Shown here piece after piece: positions 19,486-30,187 of a DNA stretch of 64,000 nucleotides. The stretch comes from Desulfomonilia bacterium (GTDB lineage Bacteria; Desulfobacterota; Desulfomonilia; UBA1062). Each line of letters opens with the position of its first letter. The first letter of the stretch is position 1. A model generated the notes under the pieces. That model saw only the letters and a program-made list of their open reading frames with translations. It was not told where the DNA came from and searched no databases. Made by a program: the position numbers and the translations under genes. The DNA lies in contig JBEKDT010000001.1 in the NCBI GenBank assembly GCA_050014195.1, forward strand, positions 32,001 through 96,000. The letters run 5' to 3'.

Positions 19486-20112
19486 TCACATCAATGGTAC
19501 TACGGCAAAGATACATGCGCTCCAGAGAGAATGGCATATAATGAGGGTATCCAGGCGCTTCAGCTTCATGTAGAGAAGCCCCCAGAAGGCACCTGCAACA
19601 GCTGCAGCCCCGATAAGCATGAAGTTGAAGGACCAGATATGCACACCGGTATAGATCATGGTGGCCAGCAGCCAACCCGTGAATTCGCCGTAACGGCTCA
19701 TCAGGTTCCGCTGCAGGAAGCCCCGCCAGTAGATTTCTTCACACGGCCCTGTGACGAGCAGCAGGAGGAAAAAGATGGTCAGCGTTGAAAACCCTGTCCC
19801 CTTGCCGTAAATAGCGCCGATCTGGTGCGAGGCAAAAGGGAAAATGCATGACGATACCACCTTCCCGACCCAGAATACGAGATAGAGGACAACGGCAGCA
19901 ATAACCCCCTGGAAAATGGCGGTCCTGTCGAAAGACAGCCTGTTATCCCTTATGGTGTGCGCCCATACGGACAATGCTGCAAGCGTGGCTGCGGAAAAGG
20001 CAATCTTGATCCAGAAATTGAGCCATGTAAGGTAAAAGGTAACGAACCACAGCACGAAGGCCAGTATGACCATCGGCCATACAAGCCTCGGCCGGAACCC
20101 TTTTTGATTCAC
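19486..20112 (-). CDS. CPBP/CAAX-family intramembrane metalloprotease
   Basis: EEIYWRG, IICHSLW; GTG start overlapping the upstream stop. Confidence 0.85.
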   Translation of the reverse strand: MNQKGFRPRLVWPMVILAFVLWFVTFYLTWLNFWIKIAFSAATLAALSVWAHTIRDNRLSFDRTAIFQGVIAAVVLYLVFWVGKVVSSCIFPFASHQIGAIYGKGTGFSTLTIFFLLLLVTGPCEEIYWRGFLQRNLMSRYGEFTGWLLATMIYTGVHIWSFNFMLIGAAAVAGAFWGLLYMKLKRLDTLIICHSLWSACIFAVVPLM

Positions 20113-20999
20113 CCCATGAACCCCTGGATGACCAGCGCCGCTACAAGGAGAACCCCAAAGGCCGTGTCGAGTTTGGCAGTCTGGGCATCGGCATCTGCAG
20201 GGATACTCGTCTCCATCTGCCTCAGAAGCTTTATGGCCAGCGGCAGGGAGAGGAATACCAGGAGCCCCCACGGGGTGAGCACACCGGATAAGGTGATGAT
20301 GAGCGTGCTTATGTAGGCAAGGACCATGATCACCAGGTAGGCATGTATCCCGGCACGGGGGCCTAAGAATATGGCAATGGTCTTGATATGGCGGCTGCTG
20401 TCATGCTCTATGTCCCGGATGTTGTTTGCAAAGATCACCAATGCGACCAGTACGCCGAAGGGGATGGATATCAGCAGTGCATTCAGGCTTAAGATATGCC
20501 TTTGAACATAGTAGGCGCCTTCGACCATGAGAGGCCCCCACATGAGAAATACCGAGACCTCGCCCAATGCGATATATTTATATTTCACCGGCGGGGCGGT
20601 ATAACCTATTCCGGCCAGGACCCCGATCAGACCGAAGCATAATACCACCCAGCCGCTGACAAAAGCGAGATAGAGCCCGATGGCTGAGGCAAGACCAAAA
20701 AGGCCATAAGCCGCAAGGCGCACCTGCCAAGCAGGCAATAGACCATGGACGATCGGGTGAGGCCGGTACTGGGCCGTTGCCGCTGCTTCGGTATCCAGGC
20801 CATGCCTCACATCGTAATAATCGTTCAAGAGGTTCGTACCCGCATGCATGAATACGACACCTGTTACCGTAAGAAGGTAGAGTAACCAGGAAAAGCGACC
20901 TTCGATGGCACCTAATGCACTGCCCACACTCACTGATATCACTGTCATGGAAAATGACCAGGGGCGCGTAGCAATAAACCAATTCTGCACAAGCTTCAT
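20109..20999 (-). CDS. menA: MenA-like UbiA prenyltransferase
   Basis: TRPWSF, NLLNDYYD, ANNIRDIEHD. Confidence 0.8.
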   Translation of the reverse strand: MKLVQNWFIATRPWSFSMTVISVSVGSALGAIEGRFSWLLYLLTVTGVVFMHAGTNLLNDYYDVRHGLDTEAAATAQYRPHPIVHGLLPAWQVRLAAYGLFGLASAIGLYLAFVSGWVVLCFGLIGVLAGIGYTAPPVKYKYIALGEVSVFLMWGPLMVEGAYYVQRHILSLNALLISIPFGVLVALVIFANNIRDIEHDSSRHIKTIAIFLGPRAGIHAYLVIMVLAYISTLIITLSGVLTPWGLLVFLSLPLAIKLLRQMETSIPADADAQTAKLDTAFGVLLVAALVIQGFMG

Positions 21000-21199
21000 G
21001 GATACCATCCTCTTACGTTGAATTTCAGGGTTAGAGTCCACATTGGAACTCAATACAGATAATGGAAGGCATGCATACTGTCAAGAAGCCTGTATCTCAT
21101 ATCCCAAGTGACTTGAATTTATGCACAATACTGTGCATAGGGATATCTTGAGAGATGGGTGGTGGCGATTTCGTATCTGATGATCGTAAAGGAGGTGTT

Positions 21200-21646
21200 A
21201 TGGACCCTGAGGAACTCAAGACGGCCATTACCGATACCATTGCATGGGTGAAGATGAGCAGGCTCAGGGTGGAGACCTTTGAGGAAGGCCATGTGAAGCT
21301 CTTCGTACCGGCCACGATCCACATGAACCATGTCGGTATCGTCTATGCAGGCACACACTTCATGCTTATGGAGGTATCCGGTGCAGCCCTGTTTCTTGCT
21401 ACCTACGGCATAAAGCAATTCTTACCTATAAACAAGGGAATGAACATCCGCTTTCTGAAGCCCGCTACGACCGACATCTCCTGCGAGCTCAGGATGGATA
21501 AGGATCAGGCTGAAGAAAAGCTCAAGCCCATAAAGGAGAGGGGCAAGGGGGAATGGGTGCTCGATATGACCGTCACCGATGCTCACAGTACCATTGTCTC
21601 CACTTCGACCTGCACATACTATCTTATTCCATCCCCCATGGCATAA
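21200..21646 (+). CDS. Hotdog-fold thioesterase (YiiD C-terminal/PaaI-like)
   Basis: NHVGIVYAG, IRFLKPA. Confidence 0.8.
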   Translation: MDPEELKTAITDTIAWVKMSRLRVETFEEGHVKLFVPATIHMNHVGIVYAGTHFMLMEVSGAALFLATYGIKQFLPINKGMNIRFLKPATTDISCELRMDKDQAEEKLKPIKERGKGEWVLDMTVTDAHSTIVSTSTCTYYLIPSPMA

Positions 21647-21759
21647 CCCGCATGCCCTGATTCCTGCGGATGGAACGCAGGCGGTCTTGGAATCACGAGA
21701 GCCGCAAGAGAGCGCCCCCCATCAGGTTCGCCCTCTTCGGCTTTATTCAGACATTTACT

Positions 21760-22188
21760 TTAGTGGACTCGTAATTGTTTTGCATAGTCGACCATGCCCT
21801 GGAAGTCCACGACCACGACAGGTTCATCACCGACTACCCAGGCATCATGACCTACCGGCAGCAGGGACACGTCTCCTGCCTTGCATTCTAATTCTGTCCC
21901 GTCATCCATGACGATCCTGATGGTCCCGGAGACATGATACTGAAAATGTGGTGCTTCACAGCTCTTGGTTTTCGCCAATGGCTGCACGGAGGTAGACCAC
22001 CGCCATCCCGGTTCGAAGATGGCCCGTCCGATGGTGGCACCGCCTATTTTTATCAATTCGAGTCTCCCTTTGGGGAACGTCCTCACCTCATCCGGTTTGT
22101 CAAAGCTTTTCGCTTCCGCCTTTTCCAAAACCTTGCCTCTTGACCTCCCGATCGTCCTTTCCTTTATCCGCTCTATTGTCTTATTCAT
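21760..22188 (-). CDS. Cupin domain protein
   Basis: PGWRWS, CEAPH, GHDAWVVG. Confidence 0.85.
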   Translation of the reverse strand: MNKTIERIKERTIGRSRGKVLEKAEAKSFDKPDEVRTFPKGRLELIKIGGATIGRAIFEPGWRWSTSVQPLAKTKSCEAPHFQYHVSGTIRIVMDDGTELECKAGDVSLLPVGHDAWVVGDEPVVVVDFQGMVDYAKQLRVH

Positions 22189-22342
22189 AATCTTCTCCCT
22201 CCTTGAGGATGGTTTCTCTCCTTCCTGCATCAAGAAACCCTGTCATCTCTATGTTTTCAGATGCTCAAAGAAATTTTAGGATGCAGATATGCAATTTTAT
22301 GGGTAACAAGCTAATATCATGGATATATACTTTTTACCCGGG

Positions 22343-22783
22343 CTAAAGCACGGTTATCTCGCCGGTGTCCCCATTGACTTCGACTTGAGCGCCGGTCTTT
22401 ATTTTATCGAAGATATCCTCATTCGGGTACTCGACGATGGGTATTCCTTTATCGAACCAGACGTCTGCAAGTATGGAGCCTGCCGCCAGCAGCGGATCTG
22501 CGTTCTGAACGATGATCGCAGCAGGCGCCGTGCCTCTGTACATCAGCTCGAGCAGCACCATCCCGGTGTAAGTGGAGCCTATGGTCGCAGGGTATATGAA
22601 GACCGTTTTCCTGATGTTCTTGTTGAACAGGTCGTGGTTGCTGTCCTGCACGAGCGACCTCCAGGCCGGGATGAGATTCTTCGGCTTGGTGAACGAGGCG
22701 GTGAAATTCATGGGCATCTTCGTAACCAGGGCAGGCCCCGAAGCCCTGCCTTTTATCACCGGATTTCCCTTAAGAACCGTCAT
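22343..22783 (-). CDS. Aconitase X swivel subunit (DUF126)
   Basis: IGST, APAAII, VEVNGDTG. Confidence 0.85.
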   Translation of the reverse strand: MTVLKGNPVIKGRASGPALVTKMPMNFTASFTKPKNLIPAWRSLVQDSNHDLFNKNIRKTVFIYPATIGSTYTGMVLLELMYRGTAPAAIIVQNADPLLAAGSILADVWFDKGIPIVEYPNEDIFDKIKTGAQVEVNGDTGEITVL

Positions 22784-23940
22784 TGCATCACCCCGCATGC
22801 CTTCAGGCAGTCATCTTCAGTGCCGTATTCAGCGCCTTTAAGGTAATATAACAGCTTTCCGGAGGGAGTCAGGATGTGCTTCTTGCCCAGACGCAGGGAA
22901 AATGCCGCCAGCGGGCAATATTCAAAGATCGTGATCCCGGCGTCCAGCGTCTTTGAAAACTGATCGTGCTTTTTGAATTCGGTGAGCTCATCGGGAACCA
23001 TACAGAACCAAGTCGGGACCTTCACCTTTTTGCCAACGAATTTCTCTGCGACCGCGAGTGCCTCCGTGCAGGTCATCTGCGGGCATCCGAACACGACCAT
23101 ATCCGCAATTTGGGGTTTGCGCAGGCGCAGGGAATCCAGGTCCTCCTGGGTGACGGTGATGGTGACCTTGGGGGGTCCGTCGAAGACCGTTTTCATGTCG
23201 GGTGCCTCCGGGGTGAGTCCCTCGACATGGAACAGCGCCACACCGCCGGAGGCCGCCATGGAACCACCCATGTTCTTCAGCTCGATGCGGCTGAACGGGT
23301 AGTGCTCGATGACCGGGACCTTGTCCACGACCTTTTTCCCGAGGAGGTAGCCGAGTGCAGGGGCGTCCATTTTTCTGATGTTCAGCCTTACCAGCATCTG
23401 GCCGCGCCTGTGCTCATCAAGCAGATAGCCGAATTCAGGGGTGAAGCCGGTGAGAGAACAGCAGACGTCCATTAATATCGAATTCCGGTTGGTGCGTGCC
23501 CCCAGCACCGAATTGGCGAACTGCACGGCCGACGACTCCGCCCAGGCAAGGCGGTCTCCAAATGAGGGCACGTTGGCCTTCTCATAGCAGACGCATGAAT
23601 AATTGGGGGTGACGCCGATGGCGGAGAGAAGCCCCTCCAGAGCTTCCTGCTTGGTGAATACGATGTGACGGTTGATGAAATTAAGGTCATACCCCGGCCT
23701 GGGATTGACCGTGGTGGGCACCCTTACCCGTAATCCTTCCGATGCGATCCGGCGCAGGATGTGTATGTACGCCCCGTAGGGACCTATGCCGAACGTCCCT
23801 GCAAGGTGGCCTGACTTGATGGGCACGAGCCTTTTCGCCCCGAAGGCCTCTCCGTACTTGACGACGGTCTCCATGGCCTTGGCCATGATCGGACCGTTTC
23901 CACCTTTGAGCATGCCTTCCTGTTCGCCTTCGAGCTTCAT
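22780..23940 (-). CDS. Aconitase X catalytic subunit (DUF521)
   Basis: PTTVNP, AWAESSAVQFANSVLGARTNR, GCPQ. Confidence 0.88.
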   Translation of the reverse strand: MKLEGEQEGMLKGGNGPIMAKAMETVVKYGEAFGAKRLVPIKSGHLAGTFGIGPYGAYIHILRRIASEGLRVRVPTTVNPRPGYDLNFINRHIVFTKQEALEGLLSAIGVTPNYSCVCYEKANVPSFGDRLAWAESSAVQFANSVLGARTNRNSILMDVCCSLTGFTPEFGYLLDEHRRGQMLVRLNIRKMDAPALGYLLGKKVVDKVPVIEHYPFSRIELKNMGGSMAASGGVALFHVEGLTPEAPDMKTVFDGPPKVTITVTQEDLDSLRLRKPQIADMVVFGCPQMTCTEALAVAEKFVGKKVKVPTWFCMVPDELTEFKKHDQFSKTLDAGITIFEYCPLAAFSLRLGKKHILTPSGKLLYYLKGAEYGTEDDCLKACGVMQ

Positions 23941-24143
23941 CGGCCCTCCATAACCATCAATAATTAGTTTCCGGCATTATGTCAATTCTAAGGGCATGTT
24001 GCTTCTCGCCTTAAGTCCAAGGGCATGGATGACGATGATCAAAGGAGGTGATGTCGTGAGGAAGATACATACTACCTTGCACCAGGACCAAACGGGTTGA
24101 CAAGTAAAGGGTCTGTTCTGTATCTTGCCCGGAAAGAGGATCG

Positions 24144-24728
24144 ATGAAAAGCCCTCACTCACATATCCTTAAGACAATGGGACATAAAATCCGCCGCCGC
24201 AGTTTCCTGAAGGCAGGGGCACTGGCACTGGGCGCATGTGCCTTCCCCCAGGCCCTTCTCGGCGCCTTCCAAGCGCCGCTGTCGCCCGAACGGTCACTCT
24301 CGTTTTATAACCTGCACACCGGCGAGTCCCTTAAGGCGGCATATTGGTGCAAGGGTGAATACCTTTCAGCTCCCCTGGCACAGATCAACCACATCCTGAG
24401 GGATTTCCGCACCGGAGAGATAAAGCCAATAGACACCTCTCTCCTTGATCTTCTCTCTACGATCCGCGAAAACCTGGGGTCGCAGGAAATGTTCCACATC
24501 ATCTCCGGCTATCGTTCTCCAGCCACGAACGCCCTCCTGCACGAGAACAACTGCGGAGTAGCCGGTCACAGCCTCCACATGCAGGCAAAAGCCGCAGATA
24601 TCCGCCTGCCCGGGTGCAGTCTTTCATCCCTGCATCAGATGGCGGTGTCGCTAAAAGGCGGTGGCGTGGGTTACTACCCCGGCTCAGACTTCGTACACGT
24701 GGATGTCGGGCGGGTACGATACTGGTAG
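24144..24728 (+). CDS. mepK: YcbK/MepK peptidase M15 (DUF882), Tat signal
   Basis: RRSFLK; ISGYRSPATN, SLHM..KAADI, FVHVD. Confidence 0.9.
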   Translation: MKSPHSHILKTMGHKIRRRSFLKAGALALGACAFPQALLGAFQAPLSPERSLSFYNLHTGESLKAAYWCKGEYLSAPLAQINHILRDFRTGEIKPIDTSLLDLLSTIRENLGSQEMFHIISGYRSPATNALLHENNCGVAGHSLHMQAKAADIRLPGCSLSSLHQMAVSLKGGGVGYYPGSDFVHVDVGRVRYW

Positions 24729-24803
24729 ACTTCAGGACATACCGGCAACAAAGGATGCTTCAGATCGCCAGCCACTTTCCCTGTATTTAAGAGAGCGAAA
24801 AAC

Positions 24804-26459
24804 ATGTCACTAAGAATTCTTATTGCCCTGCTCCTGGTCTTCATGCTCATGCCGGCAGGCACAGGACGCGCCCAGCCCCCAGATGACGCCGTTGCCGGGA
24901 TAATACGGGAGAAGCTTGGGGGGGCACCGGTTGCAGGCGGGCTCAGCGTGGGCACCTGCCAGATCTCGTCTCTGAAGGTCATGCCCGAGCTCTATGAACG
25001 GCGCGGCTACCGCCCGATCTGGGTGAAGCCTCAAGCAATAGATGATCTCATTCATGTAATAGAAGAGACATACGAAGACGGCCTTGACCCGCAGGACTAT
25101 CATCTTGATGAGATCCGGCAGGCGATGATCGATGCCGGTAAATCCACTGATCCGTTGCTCGCCGCATCCCGTGACCTGCTCCTCACCGACGCCTTTATCC
25201 GGCTTGCCAACCATTCCAACTGCGGCAAGGAGGACCCTGTGTCGCATCACCCGCAGTGGAATCTCGACAGGAAGATAGATGATGCCGACCCTGTCTTGTT
25301 CATTGAGAAGGCCATCGAATCACCCTCCATTATGCAAACGATCGACAAATGGAAGATACGCCACCCGTCTTACTCCCGCCTGAAAACGGCACTTGCCGAG
25401 TATCGCGCTATAAAGGCTCGCGGCGGTTGGGAAACGGTGCCGTCAGGCCGGACACTGAGAAAAGGCATGATAGACCCGCGGGTTAAAACGCTGAGCAGTC
25501 GCCTGGCCGTAACCGGAGATCTGCAGGGGGAAGCGGCATATGACCCCATGACCTTCGATAGAGATCTCGAGCAGGCGCTCATCCACTTTCAGCACAGGCA
25601 TGGCTTGAAAGAGGATGGTGTAGCGGGGAAAGGGACCCTGGAGGCCTTGAATATCCCGGTGGAGTACCGCATCGACCAGATCCGTGTAAACCTCGAGCGC
25701 GCCAGGTGGGTGCTCCACGACCTCGGCGACACATTCGTCCTCGTCGACATAGCGGGTTTCCAGGTGTATTTCCAAAAAGACGACAAGATCATATGGTCCT
25801 GCAGGGCACAGGTGGGGCAGCCCTATCGGGACACGCCGGTGTTCAAGTCGAGCATTACATATGTTGAGCTCAATCCGCCATGGGTGGTACCGCCGACTAT
25901 CTTTGTAAAAGATATATTGCCGGCCGTCCGGAAGGACATGGGCTACCTCCAGAAAAAAAACATTATGGTCTTGGACGGCAAGGGCAGAGAGGTGAACCCG
26001 AAGACTATCAACTGGTCGCTGTACCCCGGCCGGCCGTTCCCTTACACGCTCAGACAGAACCCCGGGGAGGGGAGCGCCCTTGGCCGCCTCAAGATCTCCT
26101 TCCCTAATCGATATCTTGTGTACCTGCACGACACCCCGCATAAAGAACTGTTCGAAAAAGAGGACAGGACATTCAGCTCGGGATGCATCCGCCTGGAGAA
26201 ACCATTCGAGCTGGCGGAACTGCTGCTGAATGATCCGTCAAAGTGGAATCTTGATAATATCATGAAGGCTATTGAATCGGGAAAAACCCGGGATGTCCCC
26301 CTGTCCAAGCCTGTTGCCATACTGCTGCTGTACTGGACGGTGACGGTGGACGAAGGCGGCGTTATCTATTTCAAAAAAGACCCCTACCATGAGGACAACG
26401 CCGTACTTGAAGATCTGGGGCGTGATTCCGAGATCAAACCTTTCCGTCCTTTAAATTGA
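24804..26459 (+). CDS. ldtD: L,D-transpeptidase YcbB/LdtD family
   Basis: PG-binding domain, NLERARW, YLHDTP, FSSGCIRL. Confidence 0.9.
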   Translation: MSLRILIALLLVFMLMPAGTGRAQPPDDAVAGIIREKLGGAPVAGGLSVGTCQISSLKVMPELYERRGYRPIWVKPQAIDDLIHVIEETYEDGLDPQDYHLDEIRQAMIDAGKSTDPLLAASRDLLLTDAFIRLANHSNCGKEDPVSHHPQWNLDRKIDDADPVLFIEKAIESPSIMQTIDKWKIRHPSYSRLKTALAEYRAIKARGGWETVPSGRTLRKGMIDPRVKTLSSRLAVTGDLQGEAAYDPMTFDRDLEQALIHFQHRHGLKEDGVAGKGTLEALNIPVEYRIDQIRVNLERARWVLHDLGDTFVLVDIAGFQVYFQKDDKIIWSCRAQVGQPYRDTPVFKSSITYVELNPPWVVPPTIFVKDILPAVRKDMGYLQKKNIMVLDGKGREVNPKTINWSLYPGRPFPYTLRQNPGEGSALGRLKISFPNRYLVYLHDTPHKELFEKEDRTFSSGCIRLEKPFELAELLLNDPSKWNLDNIMKAIESGKTRDVPLSKPVAILLLYWTVTVDEGGVIYFKKDPYHEDNAVLEDLGRDSEIKPFRPLN

Positions 26460-26630
26460 AGATCGTTCTTTCACTCTTCGGAATACCTGTTGGAATAAGA
26501 TTCTGGGGCCGTGTCAGACCTATACCGCTATAGGTCTTTCCATGGAAAAAGGTTACAAGTTTTTATGATATCTTTTTACTGCGTCGCATCTTGAAATCGA
26601 AGGCAGTGACCTGACCCGTAGAGGCTCTCA

Positions 26631-26987
26631 TCACGCGAGCCATACCAACGCCATCGCCACTGCACCGGGAAGTGCTTGAACCCAGAGTATCTTGCGATCG
26701 GCAGTGGCGGCCCCAAAGATCCCGGCAACAATGACGCAACCAAGAAAGAAGATCTTGATCGGGTTTCCTGCAATGCCGAGACTCAGGCCCCAGACAAGCC
26801 CTGCTGCGAGAAAGCCGTTGTACAAACCCTGATTTGCGGCAAGTGCTTTTGAAGCAGCTGCGAATTCCGGATTCAGACCGAAGATTCGACGACCCAATGG
26901 TTTGTCCCAGAAGAACATCTCAAGGGCAAGGAAATAGAGGTGCAGAACAGCCACCAGCGCTACAACGATATTCGCGATTGTTGTCAT
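26631..26987 (-). CDS. DUF1304 membrane protein
   Basis: LEMFFW, NQGLYNGFLA. Confidence 0.88.
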   Translation of the reverse strand: MTTIANIVVALVAVLHLYFLALEMFFWDKPLGRRIFGLNPEFAAASKALAANQGLYNGFLAAGLVWGLSLGIAGNPIKIFFLGCVIVAGIFGAATADRKILWVQALPGAVAMALVWLA

Positions 26988-27184
26988 ATACGGCTCCGTC
27001 TTTTGATCACCAACGATCACCCTTATTTTTAAAATTGCCGATTATCCGGATATCATCCGGGCATGCTCACCTCGACAATAGCCGGTTATCCACTGTAGAG
27101 TAAGCGTTGCTGTTCCCTTGTCAAGGCCGGGAGGAAAGAAAGGGTTTAAGGAAATTCCGGCATTGAAGCTATGCCGACAGGGTT

Positions 27185-28321
27185 CTACAGCAGTGCCAGG
27201 CTGTCGGCAACTGCCATGCCGGAACGGGTGGGGCGGATACGGCCGCATCCGATCTCGATGAGACCTGTCCTGCTCAGCTCCTTCAGCACAGGGCCCTTTT
27301 CCTCCATGAGGTCATAGCCATATCGGCTCTGGTACTGAACAAGGTCGATCCCCTTCCTTGTCCTCAGCCCGAGAAACAAGGCCTCTAATCGCAGCTGTTC
27401 GCCGGTGAGCTCTTCCGAAGCTCCTACAGGCAGTAAAGAACCCTCGAGGTTGGAAATGTAGTCATGCAGGGATTCATGGTTCCACCAGCGCCGCTGCCTA
27501 TTGAAAGAATGGGCCGAGGGCCCGAGGCCGAGGTAGGGTGTATGGTCCCAGTATTTTTGGTTGTGCCTTGATGCCTTGTCCATGCCTCGTGCGAAGTTGG
27601 AGATTTCATAGTGGATGTAACCCGATGCCTCCAGGAGCTCTGAGGTTCTCATGAAGAAATCACGCCGGGCGTCTTCCGTGCTGAGTCGGAATTCACCCTT
27701 TTCGCTTCTGAGACCCAGCGGTGTGTGGGGTTTGAGCTCCAGTTCATAGCAGGACAGATGGGCGGGCTCAAGACTTAAGCCCTTCATGAGGGACTCCTGC
27801 CATTGCTGAAACGTTTGGCCGGGCAGGCCGTAGATCAGGTCGATGCCGATGTTGTGGAAACCGGCATCGACAGCGTCTTGGATGGTACACATGGCCTGCT
27901 GAGAGTTGTGCCGGCGGCCCAGAAATATCAGTTCCTTCTCGTTAAATGACTGGACGCCGATAGAAATCCGGTTGATGCCTATATCCCGCGCCTTGTTCAG
28001 ATCGTTTTTCCCCCAGTCGGCCGGATTCACCTCAATAGTGATTTCCGCATCGAACGGAATAGTGAAGGCATGGCGGATCTTGTCCAGGAGGGCCTTAATC
28101 TGATCGAGGGACAGCAGGGACGGGGTTCCGCCGCCGATATAGACCGTATCGAATTCTCTGAATTCTTCCCTGTACTTGTCAATCTCCTTGAACAGGGCAT
28201 CGAGAAAGCCTGTGATAAGCCTTGTATCCGTGACGGAATAAAAATCACAATATCCGCACCTTCTCTTGCAGAACGGGATGTGGATGTACAGGCCGGGAAC
28301 GGATGTCTCTTCCTTATTCAT
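27185..28321 (-). CDS. hemW: Radical SAM heme chaperone HemW
   Basis: LYIHIPFCKRRCGYCDF, GGGTPS, YEISNF, HNQKYW; ATG overlaps the lepA stop. Confidence 0.92.
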   Translation of the reverse strand: MNKEETSVPGLYIHIPFCKRRCGYCDFYSVTDTRLITGFLDALFKEIDKYREEFREFDTVYIGGGTPSLLSLDQIKALLDKIRHAFTIPFDAEITIEVNPADWGKNDLNKARDIGINRISIGVQSFNEKELIFLGRRHNSQQAMCTIQDAVDAGFHNIGIDLIYGLPGQTFQQWQESLMKGLSLEPAHLSCYELELKPHTPLGLRSEKGEFRLSTEDARRDFFMRTSELLEASGYIHYEISNFARGMDKASRHNQKYWDHTPYLGLGPSAHSFNRQRRWWNHESLHDYISNLEGSLLPVGASEELTGEQLRLEALFLGLRTRKGIDLVQYQSRYGYDLMEEKGPVLKELSRTGLIEIGCGRIRPTRSGMAVADSLALL

Positions 28322-30117
28322 CAATCCGTGTCGGATTTCAATACCGCCAGGAAGGCGCTCTGGGGGATGCTGACGGAGCCGATCATCTTCATCCGCTTCT
28401 TCCCCTTCTTCTGCTTTTCCAGCAGTTTGCGCTTCCGCGTGATGTCCCCGCCGTAGCACTTTGCCGTAACATCCTTCCGGAAGGCCGAGATGGTCGAGCG
28501 GGAGATGATCTCTCCGCCGATGGCCCCCTGGATGGCTATCTTGTACATCTGCCGGGGTATCTCATCTTTCAGGCGGTCGCATGCCAGGACGCCCCTGGCG
28601 CGGGCGCGGTCCCGGTGGACGATCTGGGAAAGGGCGTCGACCTTCTCCCCATTGACCAGAATGTCTAAGAGCACGAGATTGCTGGCCCGGTAGTCGATGA
28701 GGTCATAATCGAACGAACCATAGCCCTGGGTCATGGATTTGAAGCGGTCATAAAAGTCAAAAATCACCTCGGCGAGCGGCATCTCGAACGTCAGCTCCGC
28801 GCGTCCGGGGCTTGTGTAGTGCAGGTTTGAGTTCACCCCCCTCTTTTCGATGCACAGGCTCATGGCCGAGCCGAGGTACTTATCCGGCATCATCATGGAC
28901 GCACGGATGTACGGTTCTTCGGATGCGGCAATCGTCATGGGGTTGGGGTAATGGGCGGGGTTGTCCACAGAGAGCACCGTCCCATCCTTCAGGGTGAACC
29001 GATAGCGGACGCTCGGCACGGATAGGATGATGGAGAGGTCATACTCCCTCTCAAGGCGCTCCTGGACGATGTCCAGGTGCAACAGGCCGAGGAAGCCGCA
29101 CCGGAAACCCTGCCCCAGTGCAGCGGAGGAGTCTTTCTCATAGACAAAGGCGGCATCGTTGAGCTTGTACTTTTCCACGGCCTCGGCCACGGCCTCGTAA
29201 TCATCCGAGGCAATGGGATAGATCGAGGCAAAAACAACGGGCTTCACCTCTTTGAACCCGGGCAGAGGTTTCTTGCAAGGCCTCTCATCCAGGGTGATCG
29301 TATCACCGATGCTCACACTGGAGACGGTCTTCACACCGGCAATGATGTAACTCACCTCACCTGCGCGAAGCTGCTCCCGCCTCTCCCGGGTCAGCCGGAA
29401 GTGCCCCACCTCTTCCACGCGGTAAACAGAATTATTAAACATGAACCGGATGGTATCGCCGGCCTTTACGCTCCCGTCAAAGACCCGGCAGAAGATGAGC
29501 GTTCCCCGGAAGGAGTCGTACTGTGCATCGAATATCAGGGCGGCTAGAGGCGCCCCGGGATCACCTTTGGGTTGCGGGATCCGCTGAACGATGGCCTCCA
29601 GGATTTCATCGATGCCGGTCCCCTCTTTTGCAGAGCATTTCAGGTGCGTGCCCGGGTCGAGCCCCAGCTCTGTCTCGATCTCCTCGATGACCCTCTCCAC
29701 ATCGGCAGAGGGCAGGTCGATCTTGTTGATGACAGGGATGATCACCAGGTCATGTTCGAGGGCGAGGTAGAGATTTGCCAGGGTCTGGGCCTGAACACCC
29801 TGCGCGGCATCGATGAGCAGCAGGACTCCTTCGCAGGATGCCAGCGACCGGGACACCTCATAAGAAAAATCCACATGCCCCGGGGTATCGATGAGGTTCA
29901 GGCTGTAGTTTTTTCCATCTCTTGCCTGATAGGGAAGCGAAATGGCCTGGCTCTTGATGGTAATCCCGCGCTCCCGCTCGATATCCATGGTGTCGAGCAT
30001 CTGGTCTTTATAGGTGCGTGCGTCACAGACCCCGGTCCTAAGGATCAGGCGGTCGGCAAGGGTCGATTTCCCATGGTCGATATGGGCAATGATGCTGAAA
30101 TTACGAATCTCATCCAT
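28321..30117 (-). CDS. lepA: Elongation factor 4
   Basis: IRNFSIIAHIDHGKSTLADR, KCYGGDITRKRKLLEKQK. Confidence 0.98.
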   Translation of the reverse strand: MDEIRNFSIIAHIDHGKSTLADRLILRTGVCDARTYKDQMLDTMDIERERGITIKSQAISLPYQARDGKNYSLNLIDTPGHVDFSYEVSRSLASCEGVLLLIDAAQGVQAQTLANLYLALEHDLVIIPVINKIDLPSADVERVIEEIETELGLDPGTHLKCSAKEGTGIDEILEAIVQRIPQPKGDPGAPLAALIFDAQYDSFRGTLIFCRVFDGSVKAGDTIRFMFNNSVYRVEEVGHFRLTRERREQLRAGEVSYIIAGVKTVSSVSIGDTITLDERPCKKPLPGFKEVKPVVFASIYPIASDDYEAVAEAVEKYKLNDAAFVYEKDSSAALGQGFRCGFLGLLHLDIVQERLEREYDLSIILSVPSVRYRFTLKDGTVLSVDNPAHYPNPMTIAASEEPYIRASMMMPDKYLGSAMSLCIEKRGVNSNLHYTSPGRAELTFEMPLAEVIFDFYDRFKSMTQGYGSFDYDLIDYRASNLVLLDILVNGEKVDALSQIVHRDRARARGVLACDRLKDEIPRQMYKIAIQGAIGGEIISRSTISAFRKDVTAKCYGGDITRKRKLLEKQKKGKKRMKMIGSVSIPQSAFLAVLKSDTD

Positions 30118-30187
30118 GTAAAGGTTCCGTGTTTGGTGTCGTAGTTGATGCCGTAGGGTTTGTCAATGGATGCTTCATCCTGATCAT

